From a bacterium (GTDB lineage: Bacteria; SAR324; XYD2-FULL-50-16): DNA of 64,000 nucleotides. The position numbers were made by a program, and so were the translations under genes. Shown piece after piece: positions 56,775-64,000 of this stretch. The notes beneath the pieces are model-generated. The model was given only the letters and a program-made list of their open reading frames with translations, was not told the DNA's origin and made no database searches. Each line of letters starts with the position of its first letter. Positions within the stretch are counted from its first letter, which is position 1. The stretch lies in the NCBI GenBank assembly GCA_018830885.1, contig JAHJRI010000073.1, positions 180-64,179 on the forward strand. The letters are read 5' to 3'.

Positions 56775-57195
56775 TGCTGGTGATTAGCGTAAATTTCTGT
56801 CATTTCATTTTATTAAACGGCATGATTCAGAAATTACTATAGACCCTTTAAAGCCACGTCCCTTCTATAATGCTTTTTGACTTGCAATGTCAACTAGCCG
56901 GGATAACAACACGATATCATATCGGCAGAAAGATCGAAACAGGCCATTTGGATTCCGGCATCAACCGACGGGTGATTAAGGCGATGAATCATTGCAGTCG
57001 GTATCCAGAACCAGATTCACCTGCCGGGAAGCCAAGAGTCCGGTTATGGGCACTGATATGATCCCAGGATACGGGATGGAGGGATTTGCTGAATGCTGAA
57101 GGGGAACAGCGGCTGCCGGACGCAACAGACCGATACAACCACTGTTCAGAATATTGAGGAGCCGAAAAGGGTTCTGGTTTTTATCCGTTAACTGT

Positions 57196-57414
57196 TTAGG
57201 TGATATCCACGGCCAGAATACCGGCGTCGATACCTTCCTGTCCTTCGGTGATATTGACGGTGGCAACCGTGCCATCACTGGTGGCGGCGTGTTCAACCTC
57301 GGTTTTCATGACTTCCAGAATAAACAATGTATCCCCCGCTTTGACCACATCTCCGGGTTTGACCAATACCTTCCAAACATTCCCTGGAACCTGGGTTAAT
57401 ACCTGTTCTGCCAT
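57196..57414 (-). CDS. Biotin carboxyl carrier protein (biotinyl domain)
   Basis: 72 aa from the ATG at 57414 (SD GGGAGA upstream), with biotinylation motif LEVMKTE. The longer ORF-track start is rejected. Confidence 0.7.
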   Translation of the reverse strand: MAEQVLTQVPGNVWKVLVKPGDVVKAGDTLFILEVMKTEVEHAATSDGTVATVNITEGQEGIDAGILAVDIT

Positions 57415-57431
57415 TCTATTCTCCCTGTTTG

Positions 57432-58400
57432 TTAAATAATACTGGATTCGCTGCAAAGTTGCCTGATTTTGATGGAGGCCTCACTGGCCGCATCCACGCT
57501 GATCACGTTGAAATGATAAATCTCTCCGGGTTTTGACTGTCCCAACTTCCAGAAAGAGGAGGAGGGGACCGTATAGGGATTGATAAAGCCGCCCATACTG
57601 GGACCATCGTTTACCAGAATAATGGGGGTCTGTCCGGCCAGATTGATTGCACCCACCGGATATCCCTGATCAATAATATTGGAAGGTTCCGAGCCGTGTT
57701 CAGGGGATTTGTTGTGCGCCTTGTCGGTAAAGGTCCAGTCAGGGCCGTCGAGACGGAAACCGGTGCGGTCACTTTTGGCTGAGAGTTTCCAGTCACTGGT
57801 CAGGAATCGCTTGTGTCCTTCCGCGTCGATCCAGTCGTCGTTCGGACCAGCCACAACGTCGATCATCCAGGTTTTATCCGTGGAAATAACCGGTTTGCAG
57901 TCCTCCTTGACCTTGCGGCCGGGTTTGCCCTGGCCGGTTCCCAGCGGTATGGTCTGTCCTTTCTTGATCGCGTTGCCTTCCATACCACCCACGCCGGCTT
58001 TGTGAAAGGTGGAGCGGGAATCGAGCCACGGTGTGGTTTTGATTCCACCGGCAAAGGCAATATAGCTGCGAGCCCCTGTGGTGGCAAATGAAAGCTGAAG
58101 CACCTGGCCCTGTTTTACAGCGACACTTTCCCACATGGGGATGGGGTTGTTGTCGAGTTTGGGATTCATATTGGCGCCGGTTACGGCGATGACACTATCC
58201 ACGCCGAATTTAAGGGTGGGGCCATTGAATTGGCATTCGAAACCGGCATCCCCCGGTTCGTTGCCTACCAGAATATTGGCAAGCCTGAAGGACCAGCTGT
58301 CCATAGGGCCGGACGGTGGAAATCCTTGATTCCAATATCCGATGCGACCAGGATAATCCTGCACTGACGTTTCGAGTCCGGGTTGAATTACTTCTAACAT
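57432..58400 (-). CDS. pxpC: KipA/AHS2-type carboxyltransferase subunit (PxpC-like)
   Basis: 322 aa with a family-typical start (MLEVIQPGLETSVQDYPGR) and GAINLAGQTPIIL. Confidence 0.78.
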   Translation of the reverse strand: MLEVIQPGLETSVQDYPGRIGYWNQGFPPSGPMDSWSFRLANILVGNEPGDAGFECQFNGPTLKFGVDSVIAVTGANMNPKLDNNPIPMWESVAVKQGQVLQLSFATTGARSYIAFAGGIKTTPWLDSRSTFHKAGVGGMEGNAIKKGQTIPLGTGQGKPGRKVKEDCKPVISTDKTWMIDVVAGPNDDWIDAEGHKRFLTSDWKLSAKSDRTGFRLDGPDWTFTDKAHNKSPEHGSEPSNIIDQGYPVGAINLAGQTPIILVNDGPSMGGFINPYTVPSSSFWKLGQSKPGEIYHFNVISVDAASEASIKIRQLCSESSII

Positions 58401-58412
58401 TGATTGTCCCTC

Positions 58413-59282
58413 CTAGAGCTTTTGATTTTTATCAAATGTTGTGAGCCACTGTTTATAATTTCCAACCGAGAATTTCTGGTACTCTACAACGTTAAATACA
58501 TAGGTCCCATCCTTAACCTGCTGTTCCACATACTCAAACTCCTCAACACTGCAGGGGACGAATTTCACACGGTCCCCCGGTTGAAAGAGGCAGATGCTGT
58601 TTTCAAACTGGGGAAAACGTCGTTCTGTGTCCCAGATCGGAACCGGGATACGTCCGAAAATCTGATATCCACCGGGTGTAGCAACCGGATAGATCGCGGT
58701 GGATGCGCCACCCATACCCACGGTACCCTGTGGTGTCCAGGTGCGGGGAGGATTGTATTTGGGCGCGGTGATCATGCATCTCGGATCCAGAGGCATCATA
58801 AAGGGCAGTCCCGGCCAGAAGCCCAGAGCAGCAACCCAGTATTCAGTTCGGGAATGAACCCGCACAAAATCGTGTTCATCGGCCAGTCCGTTCAATTCTG
58901 CGATAAAAATCGGATCCCAGACCTTTTTGGTGATTTTTTCGCAGTAGTCTTCAACACATGCCTTTGTCCACGGATCCAGATAGACTGTCGGAAAATAGAA
59001 AAGCCGGCTGTTCAGTTCGATATCGTCTGATGGCCCCAGTGATCCGATCATCTCTTTCATCAGGGCCTTCAGGTTGTCAAAGCGGATGACTTCCGGATCA
59101 TAGTGGATCAGCATGGATGCAAAACAGGGGGCTGTTTCCACAATCCCCTTGGTTTTATTCTCTTCAACCGCTGCAGCAAGACCCTGTCCCATGAAATTAA
59201 GTTCCAGATTCATCTCATCACCGAACTCAATCAGCATGTACCGGTCTCCACCCGGTAGAAATTTTGGTTCGTTATAAATCAT
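58413..59282 (-). CDS. pxpB: KipI/AHS1-type subunit (PxpB-like)
   Basis: Start chosen at 59282 (MIYNEPKFLPGGDRYMLIEFGDEM), which matches the family N-terminus. The ORF-track start at 59312 is an alternative. Confidence 0.75.
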   Translation of the reverse strand: MIYNEPKFLPGGDRYMLIEFGDEMNLELNFMGQGLAAAVEENKTKGIVETAPCFASMLIHYDPEVIRFDNLKALMKEMIGSLGPSDDIELNSRLFYFPTVYLDPWTKACVEDYCEKITKKVWDPIFIAELNGLADEHDFVRVHSRTEYWVAALGFWPGLPFMMPLDPRCMITAPKYNPPRTWTPQGTVGMGGASTAIYPVATPGGYQIFGRIPVPIWDTERRFPQFENSICLFQPGDRVKFVPCSVEEFEYVEQQVKDGTYVFNVVEYQKFSVGNYKQWLTTFDKNQKL

Positions 59283-59298
59283 GTGTCCTCTAAATTGG

Positions 59299-60663
59299 TT
59301 ATGAGTTGCCAATCAAACTTGACTTGTGCTGGTCAATGAAACTGGTATGGATATCCTGAGCACGATAGGCCTCATGATCCAGTACCTTGATTAAAAAATC
59401 AATATTGGTTTTAACACCTTCGACCTTGAATGTTTTGAGTGCCTCTACCATCCTGTCTACCATCATTTTGCGATCAGGGCCGACGGTGATCAGTTTGGCG
59501 ATCATGGGATCATAAAAATAGGTGATCTCATCACCCTCCCGAAAACCGCAATCGATACGGGTGTTTTCGTCCTCCTGCGGCAATTCAAATCGGGTCAGTT
59601 TTCCCGGTGAGGGCACAAAATTAATGTCGGGGTTTTCAGCATAAATCCGGCACTCCAGGGAAAAATTCTCGTGTTTAATCTGATCCTGCTCGATGTCTGC
59701 CATTGTGCCCCGGGCAAAATCGAGCTGCATACCGACCAGATCCCTTCCGGTGCACATCTCTGTGATCGGATGTTCGACCTGGATTCGGGTATTCATCTCC
59801 AGGAAGTAGTATTCGAATGTATCCGCATCCATGATGAATTCAACCGTTCCTGCACCTTCGTAATTGACTGCAATGGTCAGGTCTACGGCATCACTGGCGA
59901 TTTGCTTTCGGACATCATCCGGCAGTTTGACTGCCGGTGTTTCTTCGATAATCTTCTGGAATCGTCGTTGAATGGAGCAATCCCTTTCATACAGGTGAAC
60001 GGCTTTGCCATTTCCTAAACCAAACACCTGAACTTCAATATGTCTGGCTTTGGGGATCAGCTTTTCCAGATAGACCGTACCATCTCCGAAGGCTTTTTCA
60101 GCCAGTTCCTGGGTAACGGTAACTGTTTCCAGCAGCTTATCCGCTTGATTCACCTGGCGCATGCCAATACCGCCGCCACCGGCCGATGCTTTGACCAGCA
60201 AGGGATATCCGATCTTCTCTGCCTGTTCGACCAGACCATCCAGCTGACCGATGAGAAAGCGCTCACTGCCGGGCACAACCGGAACCCCCGCTTGAATGGC
60301 GAGCTGCCGTGCCCGCTGTTTGTCTCCCATTGCAGAAATGCTGGCCGGGGTGGGACCAATCCAGATAAAACCGGCCGCAATGACCCTTTCAGCGAAATCG
60401 GCGTTTTCGGCCAGAAAACCATATCCCGGATGAATCGCATCCACCTGGGCCTTCTGGGCAGCTGCCAGAATGTTCTCTATTACCAGATAGCTTTTTTTGG
60501 CATGTCCGGGACCAATATGGATGGCTTCATCTGCCATGAGGACATGTTGGGCGTCTTTGTCGGCATCGGAATAAACCACCACTGTTTTCAGACCGAGTTT
60601 TTGACAGCTTTTAATGATCCGACAGGTAATCTCACCTCGATTTGCAATTAAGACTTTTTTCAT
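59299..60663 (-). CDS. accC: Biotin carboxylase (AccC-type ATP-grasp)
   Basis: 454 aa with MKKVLIANRGEI, GYPLLVKASAGGGGIGM, and EMNTRIQVEHPITE. Confidence 0.9.
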   Translation of the reverse strand: MKKVLIANRGEITCRIIKSCQKLGLKTVVVYSDADKDAQHVLMADEAIHIGPGHAKKSYLVIENILAAAQKAQVDAIHPGYGFLAENADFAERVIAAGFIWIGPTPASISAMGDKQRARQLAIQAGVPVVPGSERFLIGQLDGLVEQAEKIGYPLLVKASAGGGGIGMRQVNQADKLLETVTVTQELAEKAFGDGTVYLEKLIPKARHIEVQVFGLGNGKAVHLYERDCSIQRRFQKIIEETPAVKLPDDVRKQIASDAVDLTIAVNYEGAGTVEFIMDADTFEYYFLEMNTRIQVEHPITEMCTGRDLVGMQLDFARGTMADIEQDQIKHENFSLECRIYAENPDINFVPSPGKLTRFELPQEDENTRIDCGFREGDEITYFYDPMIAKLITVGPDRKMMVDRMVEALKTFKVEGVKTNIDFLIKVLDHEAYRAQDIHTSFIDQHKSSLIGNS

Positions 60664-60666
60664 GGG

Positions 60667-61386
60667 CTACAACTTTTCCAGTAGGGGTTTTAATTTTGTC
60701 GCCAGTTCAACCGCATTGGGCGTGTCGGAATGGACACAGATGGTATCACATTTGATCTTCAGGTCCTTGCCATTGACCGAAAAAACCCGCCCTTCCCTGA
60801 TGGCGCGCTCTACTTTGGCCAGGGTTTTGGCAATATCCACCGGTGTATGTTCCCGGGTAATGATCAATCCGCCTTCATCACTGTAGTCAAGGTCTGCATA
60901 AAATTCGGCCAGGAACTCAATTCCCCTTTTTGCGGCAATCTCTTCATGCAGGGTGTCCGCCATACCATAAAGCGGAACCTTAAACAGTTCCGCCACATCA
61001 CAGACGGCATGGGTGATCTCTGGCATGCGGGCCGCCATGCCATAGAGCGAACCATGGGGTTTGATATGGGACAGTGACATGCCTGCGACATCCAGAAACC
61101 CCTTGAGCGCGCTGACCTGGTAAATCAAATGCGCCTTCAGTTCAGCCGGGTCCATTTTCATCTCTCGTCTGCCAAATCCCTGCAGATCCGGCAGAGAGGG
61201 ATGGGCGCCCACTGACACGCCATTTTCTTTGGCGTTGCTGACGGTATTCTGCATGACAACTGGATCGGATGCGTGAAACCCGCAAGCGACATTAGCTGCA
61301 TCGATATACGCCATTAAGGCTTCATCATCTCCCAGTTTATAAATACCAAAGCTCTCGCCCATATCACAATTTATTTTTACTGCCAT
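60667..61386 (-). CDS. pxpA: LamB/YcsF-family lactamase subunit (PxpA-like)
   Basis: 239 aa with INCDMGESFG and ANVACGFHASDP, typical of PxpA. Confidence 0.85.
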   Translation of the reverse strand: MAVKINCDMGESFGIYKLGDDEALMAYIDAANVACGFHASDPVVMQNTVSNAKENGVSVGAHPSLPDLQGFGRREMKMDPAELKAHLIYQVSALKGFLDVAGMSLSHIKPHGSLYGMAARMPEITHAVCDVAELFKVPLYGMADTLHEEIAAKRGIEFLAEFYADLDYSDEGGLIITREHTPVDIAKTLAKVERAIREGRVFSVNGKDLKIKCDTICVHSDTPNAVELATKLKPLLEKL

Positions 61387-61418
61387 TCCAATTTCTCCTC
61401 TTAGTTACCACGTCAGGT

Positions 61419-62441
61419 TTAATCCTGTGACTTTGCGATCAGATACTGTCTGAGCTGATCCGTGATGACCGCAAATATTAACAGCAGACCGATGACAACA
61501 GTCTGCAGATAGGATTCAATCTTGGCCAGATTCATCCCGTTTTGAAGCAGCCCGATAAAAAAGGCGCCTAAAATTACATTATCAATTCGTCCAACACCGC
61601 CCCTGAGACTGACACCGCCGATCACGCACGCTGCAATGGATTCCAGTGGCATGGAGGCTCCGATGTTCGCCTCTCCGGTTTCCAGCCTGGCGGTCAGCAG
61701 CAGACCGCTGATCGTAGCCAGACCGCTGCAGAACAGGTAAGCCAGAAACAGGTTCCACCGGGTATTGATGCCGGAAAGGGATGAGGCCTTGATGTTGCCG
61801 CCAATCGCATAAAAATATCGACCAATTCGCGTACGGTTCAACAGGATAAACATGATAACCGCCAGGAGCGCTGTGATGCAGACCGGGGTGGGTACCCCCA
61901 GAAACATACCGAATCCAAAAATATTGCTGAATTGTTCGGGCATGCCATAAACCGGGATGCCACCGGTCAGATAGAGTGCAATTCCGAAACCGACGGAGGC
62001 CATGCCCAGTGTCATCATGAAGGGATTCACGTTAAAGACGGACACCCCGATTCCGTTGATGGCCCCAATGGTCAACCCGGCCAGGAGACCGGCCAGCAAA
62101 CCGATAACAATTGCCAGAACAACGGCACCGGGAAACATGGAACTTGCAGCAGCCATCGCCATGGCACCGACAACGGATGAGACCGCAATGATGGTCCCCA
62201 CGGAAAGATCAAACCCACCGGTCAGCAACGCCAGCATCTGGCCCATGCTGACGATGATCAGGTAAGTGGACTGTCGGGTGACATTCAGAATATTGCGGAC
62301 GGACAAAAAGTTGCTGGACAGGCTGGTAAAGATGATCGCTGCCAGAATAATCAGAAACGGCAGCACCCCCATTCTGATAAACGACCTTCTCAACAGGGTC
62401 ATAATAAATTTGTTGATTTTGGGAACGATGGTTTCACTCAT
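61419..62441 (-). CDS. Sugar-type (CUT2) ABC transporter permease
   Basis: 340 aa, ~10 TM, RbsC-like (GGFDLSVGTI, GGVSLRGGVG). Confidence 0.8.
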   Translation of the reverse strand: MSETIVPKINKFIMTLLRRSFIRMGVLPFLIILAAIIFTSLSSNFLSVRNILNVTRQSTYLIIVSMGQMLALLTGGFDLSVGTIIAVSSVVGAMAMAAASSMFPGAVVLAIVIGLLAGLLAGLTIGAINGIGVSVFNVNPFMMTLGMASVGFGIALYLTGGIPVYGMPEQFSNIFGFGMFLGVPTPVCITALLAVIMFILLNRTRIGRYFYAIGGNIKASSLSGINTRWNLFLAYLFCSGLATISGLLLTARLETGEANIGASMPLESIAACVIGGVSLRGGVGRIDNVILGAFFIGLLQNGMNLAKIESYLQTVVIGLLLIFAVITDQLRQYLIAKSQD

Positions 62442-62443
62442 GG

Positions 62444-63994
62444 CTATGCAGCATCCTGTTCAAAGAAGTTAAGGAGAACGTTTTTTTCCGTAATGTCATC
62501 ACCCTGCAGTTCTGCCTGGATTTTACCCCGGTAGAAGACATAGGCACGATTGGTGAGGTGAAGGATTTCGGGTAGATCTGAAGAGACCAGGACAATTGCG
62601 GCACCCGCTTCGCAGAGATCACGGATAAATTCATAAATGGCTGCGCGGGTACCCACATCAACACCCACGGTCGGCTCGTCGAAAATGAAAAGTTTTGTTT
62701 CTCGGGTCAACACTTTTGCCAACATGACTTTCTGCTGATTTCCGCCGGAAAAATGACCGACCATGCGTTCGACTTTTGGCGGAGACAGCTGCATCTGGGT
62801 GGCCAGTTCCTGGACCATCTCTTTTTCTTTCTGAGTTCTCAGAAAAAACGAGCCAATTGAGAGCCTGGATATGTCCAAGGCAGAGAGCGAGATGTTTTCT
62901 CGGACCGCCCGCATCATCAACAACCCCTCAATCCTGCGATCCGGTGGGACATAAAATACACCGTGTTTCATCATGCTGGCGGGAGTGATCTTATTGATCC
63001 GTTGTCCTTCAAAATAGATATCGCCCCTGCGGATCCCTTCAATCCCAAAACAGGCGCGCATAATTTCTGATTTTCCCGAACCGACCAATCCAGCCATACC
63101 GACGATCTCACCCTTTTTAACCTCAATCGAGGCATCCCGTACCGATCGATCTTCCGTCACCAGATTCTCAACCCGGAGCAGGGTTTCTCCCGGATTATAC
63201 CGAATCTTGGGGAAAATGTGATCAATCACCCGTCCGGTCATCAGCTCCACCAGATCCACATCACTAATCGTCCCGGTATCCAGTGTGGTTACGTACCTGC
63301 CATCCCTCAGGACGGTGATACGGTCTGAAATACGGTTAATCTCACCCATACGGTGGGTAATATAGATGACGCCGACACCGCGACTTTTTGCCTGATTGAT
63401 CAGCTCAAAAAGCCGTTCGGTCTCCCGTTCGGTCAGGGAGGCTGTCGGTTCGTCCAGGATCAGGATCGACAGTTCCGAACTGAAAGCCTTGGCTATTTCA
63501 ACCATTTGCTGCTCAGCGCGGGTCAAAGACATTATTTTGGCCGCCGGGTGCAGTTGAAATCCCAGTTTATTGAGGATCTCCTTCGCTTGAAGGTTCATGG
63601 TTTTCTGATCCAGCAGACCCCGACGGGTTTTCTCAACTCCCAGAAAAAGATTCTGGGTGACCGTCAGTTGTGGAATCAGGGAAAACTCCTGAAACACAGC
63701 GCTGATACCAATCTTGCGTGCGCTGTGGACACTGGAAAAATGAGTCTCTTTGTCTCGATAGATCAGTTTTCCGGATGTGGGCCGCAGAGAGCCGGCCACA
63801 ATATTGATCAGGGTCGATTTTCCCGCACCGTTTTCACCGAAAAGGACGTGAACCTCCCCCTCACGAAGATCAAAATCCACATTGTCCAACGCCAACACGC
63901 CCGGAAACTGTTTGCAGATTCCCTCCAGTTTCAGGAGCAGTTGCTTTTGCTGGGTTTGGTCACGTCTTTCCTGCATTACGGTTTTCCTCTTCAA
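62444..63994 (-). CDS. Sugar-type ABC transporter ATPase with duplicated NBDs
   Basis: 516 aa with first Walker A GENGAGKST, LILDEPTASL, second NBD signature FSGGNQQK, and FIFDEPTVGVD. RbsA/MglA-like. Confidence 0.85.
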   Translation of the reverse strand: MKRKTVMQERRDQTQQKQLLLKLEGICKQFPGVLALDNVDFDLREGEVHVLFGENGAGKSTLINIVAGSLRPTSGKLIYRDKETHFSSVHSARKIGISAVFQEFSLIPQLTVTQNLFLGVEKTRRGLLDQKTMNLQAKEILNKLGFQLHPAAKIMSLTRAEQQMVEIAKAFSSELSILILDEPTASLTERETERLFELINQAKSRGVGVIYITHRMGEINRISDRITVLRDGRYVTTLDTGTISDVDLVELMTGRVIDHIFPKIRYNPGETLLRVENLVTEDRSVRDASIEVKKGEIVGMAGLVGSGKSEIMRACFGIEGIRRGDIYFEGQRINKITPASMMKHGVFYVPPDRRIEGLLMMRAVRENISLSALDISRLSIGSFFLRTQKEKEMVQELATQMQLSPPKVERMVGHFSGGNQQKVMLAKVLTRETKLFIFDEPTVGVDVGTRAAIYEFIRDLCEAGAAIVLVSSDLPEILHLTNRAYVFYRGKIQAELQGDDITEKNVLLNFFEQDAA

Positions 63995-64000
63995 GCAGTT

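Overview
The window is mostly ordinary bacterial chromosome: about 48 credible protein genes, no rRNA, tRNA or CRISPR array, and intergenic regions unusually full of repeats. All calls are by-eye motif recognition on the supplied ORF translations; no search or HMM was run. Gene content fits a Gram-negative anaerobe, but lineage cannot be determined from this window alone: RND pump, LpxL-type acyltransferase, tungstate TupABC-like importer, several Fe-S proteins, iron-sulfur flavoprotein, HD-GYP signalling.

Main blocks, left to right:
- HAD hydrolase, CBS protein and a degenerate HD-GYP protein.
- A 1.26-kb non-coding gap.
- RND adaptor and pump.
- Fe-S protein, ArsR and Lon.
- SMP-30-like protein and a 1216-aa REC/PAS/PocR histidine kinase.
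- An acyl-CoA dehydrogenase sandwiched between two DUF2231-like membrane proteins.
- ACP, LpxL-like acyltransferase and a methyltransferase.
- A DNA-damage-tolerance segment: SRAP peptidase, a GC-rich imuB-dnaE2 pair, and imuA separated from them by about 3 kb.
- Na/Pi transporter, MATE exporter, long acyl-CoA dehydrogenase, PLP decarboxylase-like protein and GltS-like symporter.
- TauE, then tupABC.
- Two tandem Cys-rich Fe-S paralogs.
- A TerB-tailed membrane protein coupled to a GAF-HD-GYP protein.
- A 7-gene operon: sugar-type ABC importer, PxpA, biotin carboxylase, PxpB, PxpC and BCCP.

Most interesting signals:
- Modular palindromic, MITE-like repeat families share one core and occur at least 11 times. 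Two copies have perfect 8-bp target-site duplications.
- imuA and imuB have near-identical promoters, each with an SOS-box-like operator in the spacer.
- The biotin-dependent Pxp operon looks like a urea carboxylase split into separate genes.
- An uncharacterised CxCCxCCC Fe-S family is present in three copies.
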